From IMG/VR virus record IMGVR_UViG_3300028584_001238: a stretch of 64,000 nucleotides of DNA. One strand, given 5' to 3'. The stretch comes from a virus. Of this stretch, positions 40,384 through 50,000 are shown in pieces (positions within the stretch are counted from its first letter, which is position 1; each line of letters opens with the position of its first letter). Position numbers and translations under genes: made by a program. The notes beneath the pieces were generated by a model. That model did not search any database, was not told where the DNA came from, and saw nothing but the letters and a program-made list of their open reading frames with translations.

Positions 40384-40971
40384 TCAAAGCAGATGACCAT
40401 ACTTCTTCTCAGTCCAATAAGACATCACACCTTCTCGGACACGTTCACTGGTTTCTTCAACACTGACATCAATCACATAGAATTTTGCTGCAATCTCATC
40501 CCACATAGTCTGGAATGCATTAACTTCACATTCAAACGAATGGTAAACAATAGGATAGTTGTAATGCATTTCTTTACCATCCCAACTGGGACTACCATAA
40601 CTGGCTTCTGCATGGGCAACAATACGACGAACACCTTTTGGATAAATTTTCAACATGAAGCGTATTTGAACGCTCTCACATTCCAGTTGCTTGCCATTTA
40701 AAGGTTTTTTGTGGGTAAGGTTTTTGAAAACAAGACCACGAACAGATGTTCTAGAAGCATAATCCAATTGAGAACCAACGACTGCAGACATATAAGCAAG
40801 CAGCTCATCGAAGAAATCAATGCAATCGCCATCTTTACTAATTTTTTTAACTGCTGCTTTTTTTACTGTGTTTTTTGATTTGAAGACACCTTCATGCTTC
40901 ATGATAAACAGGATTGGCAAGATAACCATAAGAGCAAAAAAAACTCCGGCTTTGACGTATGAAATTTCCAC
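40384..40971 (-). CDS. N-terminally anchored membrane protein
   Basis: GTG start with AGGAG RBS; one TM. Confidence 0.7.
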   Translation of the reverse strand: MEISYVKAGVFFALMVILPILFIMKHEGVFKSKNTVKKAAVKKISKDGDCIDFFDELLAYMSAVVGSQLDYASRTSVRGLVFKNLTHKKPLNGKQLECESVQIRFMLKIYPKGVRRIVAHAEASYGSPSWDGKEMHYNYPIVYHSFECEVNAFQTMWDEIAAKFYVIDVSVEETSERVREGVMSYWTEKKYGHLL

Positions 40972-41110
40972 TAGGATACTCCTGATTTTTTAATAGATTG
41001 ATTATACCATAACAGGTTAATAATGTCATTTCTTATTTTTTTATGCTGCTGTGCATATCTTTGTAATCCGTTTCATGCTATATTATAATAAACAAATAAA
41101 GAGAATATAT

Positions 41111-41668
41111 ATGAATTCACTATTTAAAGTAAAAACGGCTGATGAAGTAGAAGATAAACTATTAAAAGTGATTGAGAAGTATGCCAAGGTTCTACAAAAA
41201 GAAGAAGCTGATCGTGGAAACATGGTTGGGCTTAATGGCATGTTATTTGCTAAAAGAGCACAAGAAAAAATAGAATCAATGGGCATTGCAATATCATCTA
41301 CACAAATAGATATGTTGAGAGATTCAATAGCAACAAAACAAACCGATAGAATGAATGAGATCGTTCAACTTATCAGTAAAAAAAGCGGATTGCCAGACAG
41401 CCCAACTGCGGGGCGTTTTAAAGAGTTGAATTTAGGTGTAAAAGGTGATTCAAGAATGCAAGATTTAGCTAATACAGCAACTAAAGGTAATTTAATGACA
41501 GAATTCCCAGCGATTGGTATACCATTAGCAATCGGATACGCCGCCTACAAAGGTATTGCAGCACTTGTAAACAAAGCGTCTGATATGGCATATAAATCAA
41601 GTATTAATAAAGACGTATTAGCCTTGCCAGTAGCAGAACCAAGAAAAAATAGAAACAATATTTCTTAA
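41111..41668 (+). CDS. hypothetical with hydrophobic C-terminal helix and basic tail
   Basis: Start MNSLF; AIGIPLAIGYAAYKGIAAL; ends PRKNRNNIS. Confidence 0.7.
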   Translation: MNSLFKVKTADEVEDKLLKVIEKYAKVLQKEEADRGNMVGLNGMLFAKRAQEKIESMGIAISSTQIDMLRDSIATKQTDRMNEIVQLISKKSGLPDSPTAGRFKELNLGVKGDSRMQDLANTATKGNLMTEFPAIGIPLAIGYAAYKGIAALVNKASDMAYKSSINKDVLALPVAEPRKNRNNIS

Positions 41669-41769
41669 TTTTAAATTCAACAACATAAAAAAGTAGCCTG
41701 TACGGGCTACTTTCGCTAGAGTAGCCTAATTAGGTTACATTTTGAAAAGTAACGTAAACAGGTTAAATT

Positions 41770-42522
41770 TTAAATCAATAACATTTTGAACGCATCTATC
41801 TCATCTTGCGAAAAATAATCAAAATCAATCACACGTTCATCAAATTCTGGTTTTATTGAAGACAATATTTCCTTAGAAATGATTTTATTACCATAAAAGA
41901 AATCAGCATAGACAACTCCAAATTCATCATAAGCTATGACAAGAGGTAAAATGCGATGTTCTTCTGGATGATTAATGTTGACATTCACGTAAAGACGCTC
42001 ATGAAAGCGATAAAAAGTTTCTTTATAGGTTACTAAGTTTGCCGTTCCATCACTAATGTCATCGTATGACAGTCCGGGTTTTTTTGAAAGGTTAACATTA
42101 AGCGTAGATGACAAACCATTCTCAAATACATACGGATAACGATTGCTTGCATAAAAAAATTTGTCAACCAATAGAAAAGTGCCATCAGGCTCTATTTGAA
42201 AATTGAGATAAACCATCAAATCACTCAGTCCTGATTCTAACACAGCCCCCTTAACAAGCTCTAAAATATAAGATTTGTCAAAACTATCCAGAAAGAAAGC
42301 TTCATTTGAAAATAACAATGAATAGAACGTGTCCAGTGTAAAATCTTTCAAATTAAATAGTTTTAAAGCTTGTCTGCGGTCGTCTATATTCAATTCTTCT
42401 CGACAAAGTGGGCGACGTTTCCTAATGACCGGGACAGAGGTGGCACCTCTAATAATATATTCAGGTGGATCTGTTGAGTTGCGGTCATTAAGAACTTGAA
42501 CCATGTGTTCTATTTTATACAT
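41770..42522 (-). CDS. hypothetical, divergent family C, MxxI-tagged
   Basis: RILPLVI, IKPEF, DYFSQDEIDAFKMLLI. Confidence 0.75.
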   Translation of the reverse strand: MYKIEHMVQVLNDRNSTDPPEYIIRGATSVPVIRKRRPLCREELNIDDRRQALKLFNLKDFTLDTFYSLLFSNEAFFLDSFDKSYILELVKGAVLESGLSDLMVYLNFQIEPDGTFLLVDKFFYASNRYPYVFENGLSSTLNVNLSKKPGLSYDDISDGTANLVTYKETFYRFHERLYVNVNINHPEEHRILPLVIAYDEFGVVYADFFYGNKIISKEILSSIKPEFDERVIDFDYFSQDEIDAFKMLLI

Positions 42523-42615
42523 TATAAGTACCTTTTAAAAGACATATCATACGGCTTATTAAAAAAAAAGCAATAAAAAAGCGACCCGAAGGCCGCTTGA
42601 TAAATTAAACAATCT

Positions 42616-43125
42616 TTAAACGTTATGTCCACCCGCCCGAACTGCTTGAAGATGTTCTTCCAACATGGTGTAAGCACGAGCATATTTAACCATACGCTTC
42701 TGATCTTTTTCACGAAGACCTTTCAAACGAGTCACTTGACTGTTATCACGAATATCAGACATCTTAACCAAGACGGCATCAATGTTTTCAAACATGCGAC
42801 GAATATAGTTGTAGTAGCCTTCATCGCCAGCTTTCAAGTCATCTTCGGTCTTACTCATATACGACAAACCAATCAGAACACGTTCCGAGAAGCCATCACC
42901 ACGAAGACGTTCAATAGTCCACTCTGGACAATCTTCAATCACGTCATGAAGCACAGCAATCTGCATCACTTCTGGATCTTTACTTTCAAGACCATTCATA
43001 ACACTAAGTGGGTGAAGGATATAGGCATTGTCGCCTTTGTCAAAATGACCAACATGAGCTGTCGCTGCAATCTGGATTGCTTTTGCAAGTTGCTGTTGCT
43101 GGAGTTTCTTAGTCTGGCCGCTCAT
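42616..43125 (-). CDS. HD-domain small alarmone ((p)ppGpp) hydrolase-like protein
   Basis: AH...YILHP, AVLHDVIED and LVKMSDIRDN motifs of RelA/SpoT/Mesh1 HD domains. Confidence 0.85.
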   Translation of the reverse strand: MSGQTKKLQQQQLAKAIQIAATAHVGHFDKGDNAYILHPLSVMNGLESKDPEVMQIAVLHDVIEDCPEWTIERLRGDGFSERVLIGLSYMSKTEDDLKAGDEGYYNYIRRMFENIDAVLVKMSDIRDNSQVTRLKGLREKDQKRMVKYARAYTMLEEHLQAVRAGGHNV

Positions 43126-43233
43126 AATTGTATCCTCTATTCCTGTTTAATGTGGGTTTAGTATAGCAAAGTAGTGGCTATATGGCAATATATTTTTTGT
43201 TATAACAAAACAGAATATACTAACAAAAAGGTA

Positions 43234-43554
43234 TTAATCATCAATAACATTAAAGTCCATATTACGAATTTCAACCAAGGATTTTTGACGTGCCGAACGT
43301 TTTTCAATACGACGATTACGCACTTTTAATTTCGCCTTAGAGTAACGACGATATCCTTCTCGGATAACAACTTTGCAAACATCTTCTTTTGTAAAGTGTT
43401 CGTCTGCCAGCATTTTATTCAAATCTTCTTGATACAATCGAATGGCATCAGTGCCTAACACTGGATCAGCCCGATAGATCTTGAAGTTAGCAGCAGCCTT
43501 TTTGAAAAGGCTATGATATTTCCAGTTGCGTTGGTTTTTAATTGTTTTAGACAT
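43234..43554 (-). CDS. basic hypothetical protein
   Basis: 106 aa, Lys/Arg rich; AGGAG RBS. Confidence 0.7.
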   Translation of the reverse strand: MSKTIKNQRNWKYHSLFKKAAANFKIYRADPVLGTDAIRLYQEDLNKMLADEHFTKEDVCKVVIREGYRRYSKAKLKVRNRRIEKRSARQKSLVEIRNMDFNVIDD

Positions 43555-43564
43555 TTTAAAACTC

Positions 43565-43960
43565 CTAGCAATCCAAGTCAGTGAATGTGAGTGGCATTAT
43601 ATCAGAAAATTTGTAAACTTTAAAGTCCCCATCCTTATTAGACAAAATAACTTCGGTATCCGGCAGCAAGAACTCACTCATAATTTGACGGCAAGCCCCA
43701 CAAGGTGGAAGTGGTTGGTTGGTGTCACCATTGATGGCGATACTGATGTAATCACCCTTACGGCAACCTTGCATATGAGCTACGCAAAAAGCAGTTCGCT
43801 CTGCACAGCAAGTCATCGAATAAGAAGCATTTTCAATGTTTGCACCCAAGAATACCCCTTTAGTAGTAAGCAATGCCACACCGACTGGAAATTTAGAGTA
43901 AGGGACATATGCCGATTGCTTGGCTTCCATAGATTTTTGTACAAGTTCCTTGTTATTCAT
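43565..43960 (-). CDS. cdd: cytidine deaminase
   Basis: AYVPYSKFPVG, NIENASY, CAERTA, PCGACRQ (tetrameric-type Zn motifs). Confidence 0.93.
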   Translation of the reverse strand: MNNKELVQKSMEAKQSAYVPYSKFPVGVALLTTKGVFLGANIENASYSMTCCAERTAFCVAHMQGCRKGDYISIAINGDTNQPLPPCGACRQIMSEFLLPDTEVILSNKDGDFKVYKFSDIMPLTFTDLDC

Positions 43961-44022
43961 TTTAATTCTCTCTGTTTTTGTTCAATATATCATAAAATTA
44001 TGATTTGACAATATGGGTTTAA

Positions 44023-44769
44023 TTAGTAGCAAATCATTTCTTTTTTAAGTGTTTCAAAGAAATATTTACGAGCGTCTGCAGGCATATTTTTAAAATCATG
44101 TTTTACAATTCTAACCATGTCAGCATTAGCCGTTTTGATCATTTCTTTCAACTCATTAAGACGTTGAATATAAATCACTTTTTCTTCTTCTGTTTTAGCA
44201 TCACGAATACTTTGATTAATTGTAACTTTCTTCTTCTCTGCATTACGGATGGCATCACGAAGGCCAGTCACTTGCTTCACATAAGCAACCTTAATCTGGT
44301 TGATTTCAGTGCGTGAGAAAGAAGAACTCACCACAATACCAAATGTAGCAATAAAGTTTTCCATCAGCGTGTAATGGTCAGGACACTCTTTGTTTTGTTC
44401 AACAAAAGCTTTCAACAAAACCTTAAAGTCTGGAACGGTGTATTCTCTCGAATATTCAACCTGTCCTTCTTTACTGAGCACTACACTCGCTCGAACAGTT
44501 TCTTCTTTCTTATAGTTAAAGCACAAGGCCATACTACGAGTGTGACGAACATGGCCTTTCTCATTATGACAAACTTCACCCAGAATGCCATAAACGGCCA
44601 TGTAATCAAAAGTAACTGGATTAACAACAATCACTTCACGATTATCTTCACTGCCCAAAGCAATAAAGTTTTTTGGACGGCCATTAAGACCAAAGAACGA
44701 CAGCAAAGGAAATTCCTTCAATTTGTCGATTTCTGATTTCATGACGCTCATCGGTGTTTTAGCTTTCAT
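44023..44769 (-). CDS. hypothetical with coiled coil, MxxY end
   Basis: 248 aa; ends LKKEMICY. Confidence 0.7.
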   Translation of the reverse strand: MKAKTPMSVMKSEIDKLKEFPLLSFFGLNGRPKNFIALGSEDNREVIVVNPVTFDYMAVYGILGEVCHNEKGHVRHTRSMALCFNYKKEETVRASVVLSKEGQVEYSREYTVPDFKVLLKAFVEQNKECPDHYTLMENFIATFGIVVSSSFSRTEINQIKVAYVKQVTGLRDAIRNAEKKKVTINQSIRDAKTEEEKVIYIQRLNELKEMIKTANADMVRIVKHDFKNMPADARKYFFETLKKEMICY

Positions 44770-44878
44770 TTAATTTCGCTCTTGTTTAATATGGCATTAT
44801 TATACCATAAAAAAACAACAAAAAAAAGAGGGCCAAAGCCCTCATTTATATTAAAATGCTTAAAATAGTGGTTATTTT

Positions 44879-45343
44879 TTATTCTTCGGTGTAGAAGTGA
44901 AAATACCAAACAGGGTAGCCGTTGCCCACATTACAACCTTTAAGAATTCGATACAGTTTCAATTTTGGATTTGAGTAGATGAGTTGAAGCATTTTCTCAA
45001 CATCCTTGGGACGGCGTGAGTCAAAATACTGACCTTCATTACCCCATACAGAGCGACAAGCCATGTTGTAGGCCAATGAATCGGCTTGAAACAAGCGATC
45101 ACTATAAACACCACTCAGTGTATCCAGTTTTTCAATTTCTTTACGCTTCTCACCAAGAATGGCCCAAGTGCAACGAGTCGAAAACGAATAAGGATGATCA
45201 TATTCAGTTCGCTCAATGACATTATTTTCAAAATCAAGTGAAATGAGTTTACCATCACTACCATAATTGGTATATGGGTTAATATAGTCATCGTTACTCA
45301 TTTTGGACGCTGTGCGTTTCGTGGTCATCGAAAATAACTCCAT
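44879..45343 (-). CDS. hypothetical protein
   Basis: VYSDRL and NVGNGYPVWYF motifs. Confidence 0.7.
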   Translation of the reverse strand: MELFSMTTKRTASKMSNDDYINPYTNYGSDGKLISLDFENNVIERTEYDHPYSFSTRCTWAILGEKRKEIEKLDTLSGVYSDRLFQADSLAYNMACRSVWGNEGQYFDSRRPKDVEKMLQLIYSNPKLKLYRILKGCNVGNGYPVWYFHFYTEE

Positions 45344-45392
45344 TGATTTAAGTTAGGTCTATTGTAACATAAAATAAAGACTTGTGCAGCCT

Positions 45393-45764
45393 TTATTTTA
45401 TCATGCTACGCAAAGAAGACAACAGAATGACAGCCGCCGAACCAGTGACAAATACATGCTGGTCATCCACGGAACTGATTTCCAAAGGGCTTTCACAAAT
45501 CATTTCATAACCATGCTTCAAAAGCACTTCTTCGTCAGAAAGACGGGGTTTAACAGGCTCTTTGTCTTCATCTTCTTCACGAAGAGTTTCATAAAGGAAT
45601 TGAAGGGCTTGGTAAGAATCAACAATGCTACACCCATCCAGTTGATGACGGAGATTAAAATGAAAACCATCAGTTTTCACATAAGTTTCTGAAAACCAAT
45701 GTTTGGAGCGAAAATATTCGTCATGTTCTTCAAGTAGATTTTTTGCTTTGTTCGCGTCAATCAT
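45393..45764 (-). CDS. hypothetical protein
   Basis: 123 aa with CESPLEI motif; AGGAG RBS. Confidence 0.7.
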   Translation of the reverse strand: MIDANKAKNLLEEHDEYFRSKHWFSETYVKTDGFHFNLRHQLDGCSIVDSYQALQFLYETLREEDEDKEPVKPRLSDEEVLLKHGYEMICESPLEISSVDDQHVFVTGSAAVILLSSLRSMIK

Positions 45765-45772
45765 AGCATCTC

Positions 45773-46561
45773 CTAAATGTTTATCATTTTACGGATTAAG
45801 ATATAATCATTAAGGTGCTGGATAGCTTCCTTCGTAGATTTACAATTATACTCGGATTCATTGACAAAATCAAGAATGAATTTATCTATATTGTAAGAGC
45901 TGATGGGGTAACATTTTCGAAATTTAAATTCTGGAAAGTTAAACTCAACCAAAACACCTGATGAGGCTGAAAACGTTGAGAATGAGAACTTATGTCCAAG
46001 ATAAGTTAATTCACAGACAAAATTACGGTTCAAAGAACCACCAGACAAGATTTTACGCTCATTAAAAGCTTTATTTGTAAAAAAATCAATAAATATACTT
46101 TTGAAAACATGCTTAGAAACATTGTGTTCTTTTGACATGTAAAGGTTGATGTAAGCTGCTTTTAACATGTTGTCTACATGCTTGGTTTGATTTTCATAAT
46201 CGTTTACCAACATTTTATGAAGACTGAAACCATAGTCCACTTCAAAGTCATGTGGAACACTCAGCACAACACCATCAACAATCACGTAATACGTTGTTTT
46301 GTCACTGACAATTTTAAAATTTGTGAAGCTCTCTTTTGCATAACAATAGATGAAGTCATATTCTTCTTGAATGCTTTGTTTACGAGTTAATTGTTTGGTT
46401 CTAACAGAAGCATCTCTTTCTTCAAAAACATTTTCTACTGGTAAATATAAAGCGTTCACGTCAACATGCGGGTTGAATGTTTTAATCAGCTTGATTGTTT
46501 TTAAATCAATTCGAACTCGCATTAAATATTCTCCAAAAAAAAATGCCACAAGAAGTGGCAC
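45773..46561 (-). CDS. hypothetical, MxxI-tagged (likely start MRVRI)
   Basis: GGAG RBS before the internal ATG; ends YILIRKMINI. Confidence 0.75.
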   Translation of the reverse strand: MPLLVAFFFGEYLMRVRIDLKTIKLIKTFNPHVDVNALYLPVENVFEERDASVRTKQLTRKQSIQEEYDFIYCYAKESFTNFKIVSDKTTYYVIVDGVVLSVPHDFEVDYGFSLHKMLVNDYENQTKHVDNMLKAAYINLYMSKEHNVSKHVFKSIFIDFFTNKAFNERKILSGGSLNRNFVCELTYLGHKFSFSTFSASSGVLVEFNFPEFKFRKCYPISSYNIDKFILDFVNESEYNCKSTKEAIQHLNDYILIRKMINI

Positions 46562-46583
46562 TTAATATAACATAATCATACGA

Positions 46584-47672
46584 CTAAGGCAATAATTTTG
46601 TCAATGTGTCAACGCTTGCATGGCGTGAACATTCTTCAAGAATCTTATTTAACACTTCTGGCAATCTGCTGTAATCCTTAACATACTGTGGAACAGCATT
46701 ATTGGTGAAGATATAACCATTTGTAGAAAAACCCAACTTATATTTTTCATTCAGGCTGATACTTAAAAATGGGAGTTTAGAAAAATCATAAAATCTATCT
46801 ATGATAGGAAAAGAAACATGTATTTGTTCTTCTCTGTGCATTAATTTCTGATAATTAATAACCGCTGTAACGATTTTAACTAATGTCTCATAAGTATCAT
46901 TGTAAAAAAGTTTTTTAAGGCTTAATAGCAATGCCTCATGATCTTCTTTGTAAAAAGATAACGACGTAAAGCCAACTTTGAAGCTGGGCTTTTCTTGATA
47001 CGATAAAAGTGACTTTAATACAATTTCTTTATCAGTATAAACAATATCATTGATGCCTTTTTCAGCGAAAACATTATTAATTCTCTCAGACATAGTAGAC
47101 TTATTAATGTTTTCTTGAAATTCCTCATTAACAACAAAACTTGTAGCTTCAGAAATTTGGAAACAAAAATCATCTAACGCCAAATTAAAATCGACATTAA
47201 TGTCATTAGACGCAAATATTTCTGATCTCAAAGATCCACCACCTGAACAAAACTTTAAACTATCTTCAGTCACGTAAATAAAAAAATCGTATTTTTTAAA
47301 CGAAATTGCAAAAAAATCTTTGTCTGAAGAATTGTTACCAATAAAAACCAAAGCAATATCTTTTGACTTATTAAATTTTTCCAAAGCTAATGAATCACTT
47401 GTTTCTTTAACAAAAAGATGCCCTACATTCTTTAAAAATTGTTCAAGTTGAGAAACTGATGTAATATCAAAAGGGAAAGCATCTTTAAACAGTTTCAAAG
47501 AATCATGATAAATACAATAAGCCAACATTGAATTTTCATTAAAAGTAAATTCGTTAAGTTCTAAAAGACCAGCATTATTTGTGTTGGTGTGTGGAACTTC
47601 TTTCAAGTTATTACTTTCGATGTATTGCTTAATTTTATTATCAAGATTTTCATAAATTTCTTTAAATTGCAT
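46584..47672 (-). CDS. hypothetical protein
   Basis: 362 aa AT-rich ORF, AGGA RBS; no MxxI end. Confidence 0.75.
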   Translation of the reverse strand: MQFKEIYENLDNKIKQYIESNNLKEVPHTNTNNAGLLELNEFTFNENSMLAYCIYHDSLKLFKDAFPFDITSVSQLEQFLKNVGHLFVKETSDSLALEKFNKSKDIALVFIGNNSSDKDFFAISFKKYDFFIYVTEDSLKFCSGGGSLRSEIFASNDINVDFNLALDDFCFQISEATSFVVNEEFQENINKSTMSERINNVFAEKGINDIVYTDKEIVLKSLLSYQEKPSFKVGFTSLSFYKEDHEALLLSLKKLFYNDTYETLVKIVTAVINYQKLMHREEQIHVSFPIIDRFYDFSKLPFLSISLNEKYKLGFSTNGYIFTNNAVPQYVKDYSRLPEVLNKILEECSRHASVDTLTKLLP

Positions 47673-47708
47673 AGATTGATATCCTATTTGAAGGAATGAA
47701 GGTTTAAA

Positions 47709-47891
47709 TTATGGATTAGGGCGAAATGATTGATAAGTTCCACCACAATAGCACTTCGAAAATTGCATATGGCGATCAGAACCACTATAATCTTGACCAC
47801 AATTAGAGCAATATGATTTAGGTTTAAATTGTTCCTTACGGCGGTCAGTGTGGCTCATCTTTTTTGCTTTTTGTGCGTATTTGCTACTCAT
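47709..47891 (-). CDS. small Zn-ribbon protein
   Basis: CSNCG...CYCGG. Confidence 0.65.
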   Translation of the reverse strand: MSSKYAQKAKKMSHTDRRKEQFKPKSYCSNCGQDYSGSDRHMQFSKCYCGGTYQSFRPNP

Positions 47892-48097
47892 AATGGTTTA
47901 CCAAAGAAAGAGTTAGTTTTAGGCCCGTTAACAAATTCAGCCAAGGAAGCATCCAGCAAGTTGCCCACATGGTTATGATTAAGATTAGGCTGATTTTCAC
48001 GATTCATAGTGTCATAAATGCCACCAATAAGTGCTCTAATTGCCAAAAATGATTCAAGATCTTTTAAAGGAACGCCAACCAAATTTTGCTCGCTCAT
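47888..48097 (-). CDS. small hypothetical protein
   Basis: 69 aa, AGGAG RBS, ATGA coupling. Confidence 0.65.
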   Translation of the reverse strand: MSEQNLVGVPLKDLESFLAIRALIGGIYDTMNRENQPNLNHNHVGNLLDASLAEFVNGPKTNSFFGKPL

Positions 48098-48119
48098 GAC
48101 AGTTACTCCTAGAATGTGA

Positions 48120-48542
48120 TTACAAGTTCATTATAACAGGTTCGCAAACATTTAACAATTCATTTATGAGCGTTTCATCCATTTCACTATCATGCTCAGC
48201 CAAAAATGCAGGGAGTTCTTCAAGCGTCAAAGAAACATAGCTAAACTCAGAAGTATGACCATCTTCATCACCATCCTCCGGCCACTGCTCAATCCAGCGT
48301 TCATCTGCACCGCTACCATCGATATCCCATTCAATACCATTTTCATCAATAAACAGCATGTGTGAGTAAGTCGTAGAATAATGTTCCTCGTCTTCATCAA
48401 ATTCTTCTCGAATGATAGCACAAAGCTCACCTTTGAATTGTCTATGAAGGGCAACTGCAAGATTATGACAATCACCATTCACAAAACGAAAATCATCAAA
48501 AGAAGCTTTGACATTACTCAGATAAGTTTCAATAGAATTCAT
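48120..48542 (-). CDS. acidic hypothetical protein
   Basis: FVNGDCHNLAVALH...H...WDIDG pattern (possible Cys-His-Asp catalytic set). Confidence 0.65.
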   Translation of the reverse strand: MNSIETYLSNVKASFDDFRFVNGDCHNLAVALHRQFKGELCAIIREEFDEDEEHYSTTYSHMLFIDENGIEWDIDGSGADERWIEQWPEDGDEDGHTSEFSYVSLTLEELPAFLAEHDSEMDETLINELLNVCEPVIMNL

Positions 48543-48547
48543 TTTAA

Positions 48548-49240
48548 TTACCCCATATAGCTTGGACGGACATTAGGTTGTAGTTTACCATTTTGAACAG
48601 CTTTTTTCAACCAATGTTCGGAAGTATCTTGAACATGATTGGCCCGAACAAATTTAGCCACACACTTAGTGAACTCACTCCGCATAAAACCTTCTTCTGT
48701 CCTAATCACGTAACCTTCGGAACGTGTAGTGTCCAATTCGTTCGCAATTTTTTTCAAAGCTACTTCGTCGTAGATGCCACGGTAAAGCACTTTTGGCATT
48801 GGCAAGTCGAACAAGTTAGCATAACTCACAATGTCTTCATAATCTAAGCAGTAGTCTTCTTCACTACCTACGATATCTTCCCACATTGAAAACAGGTAAA
48901 AATACCCTTCCAGTGAGTAATCTGGATATTCAATAGCGTGCTTAGCGAACAAGTTCTCACCTACGAGCTTCATACCTTCTGGAATGTCGAATTTAAGGAC
49001 AGCATGCATAGTCGCTACCCAAGAACGTGTCCAGTTGAATTGACTATCAAGACTACGAGCATGGTAGTAAGTAGAAGACAATGTAGTATTCTCACCATCC
49101 AGCTTTTCAGTGACCACAATGAATTTTCCATGAAAGTGGCTCATGGATTTAAACATTTTGTCATCTGACTGAATAGCCAAGCTCCAAGGCACATGGTAGG
49201 TCTTGGGATATTTTTTCTTGGATGTTTTAATTTTGCTCAT
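48548..49240 (-). CDS. ATP-dependent RNA ligase family protein
   Basis: KYPKTYHVPWS, motif I TEKLDGEN, GE, motif IV EGYVIR, motif V AKFVR. Confidence 0.88.
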   Translation of the reverse strand: MSKIKTSKKKYPKTYHVPWSLAIQSDDKMFKSMSHFHGKFIVVTEKLDGENTTLSSTYYHARSLDSQFNWTRSWVATMHAVLKFDIPEGMKLVGENLFAKHAIEYPDYSLEGYFYLFSMWEDIVGSEEDYCLDYEDIVSYANLFDLPMPKVLYRGIYDEVALKKIANELDTTRSEGYVIRTEEGFMRSEFTKCVAKFVRANHVQDTSEHWLKKAVQNGKLQPNVRPSYMG

Positions 49241-49360
49241 GATGGCAATCTCTAAATAATTTGGTAAATAATAACAAAAAAATGACAGTTAATCAAGCTT
49301 TTTGTTGATTAAATGTCTGCATAGTGATATTATAATGAGAGTCTAAAAGAGGATTGTCGA

Positions 49361-49990
49361 ATGAATTTGAAAATGAAAATGGCATTTATTTTTCAGCCCT
49401 ACCTGTTCATGATACTATTAGGTGTCTTTGCGACGTATGGGTATTACCACTATGCTGAAAACAAATACATGGCATTAATTGGCGTTTCGATAATACTAGG
49501 AAATTTGTACCCGTATATTATGGTGCTGCTTTCAAAAGCTATCATAGTAAGAGGCATCGGAAATAAAATTATGCTGACCGTTATGTGTGTCTGCTCTGGA
49601 ATTGGTCAAGCTAAATATGATTTTGGTATGACATCAAGTATTATTATGGCAGTCGCTCTAATTACTTTATTTGCAATGGATTCAAAATTTCTCAGTGATT
49701 TGTTAAAAGATAGTAAATTTATCAAAGATTATGAGTATAAACCAGATTTAACGATATATCTTGAAGATTTTAATATATTGAATTTATTTAAATCAGAAAA
49801 AGAAAGAAGAATTAAATTTCGAGATGAATTGTATACCTACATCAATAATGGAATTAAATTTGATAATAAAGGTGTGAAGGGTACGAACGTTTCAGTTGAC
49901 GATATAAAAAGATATATCCAAGAATCAATGGTGTCCATTAAAGACTTTGATAAAGACAGTCTGAAAACAATTGAAATGTTAAAATATTAA
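49361..49990 (+). CDS. four-TM membrane protein with MxxY tag
   Basis: Four hydrophobic segments, then a soluble tail ending SLKTIEMLKY. Confidence 0.75.
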   Translation: MNLKMKMAFIFQPYLFMILLGVFATYGYYHYAENKYMALIGVSIILGNLYPYIMVLLSKAIIVRGIGNKIMLTVMCVCSGIGQAKYDFGMTSSIIMAVALITLFAMDSKFLSDLLKDSKFIKDYEYKPDLTIYLEDFNILNLFKSEKERRIKFRDELYTYINNGIKFDNKGVKGTNVSVDDIKRYIQESMVSIKDFDKDSLKTIEMLKY

Positions 49991-50000
49991 GGAGTCATCA

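Noticed and set aside
41689-41740. Tandem GTAGCC hairpins as a repeat element
   Set aside because: Only two copies between convergent genes; adequately explained as terminators
42625-44008. Plus-strand ORFs 42625..43161 and 43526..44008
   Set aside because: Antisense to the HD hydrolase and cytidine deaminase, which have clear motifs
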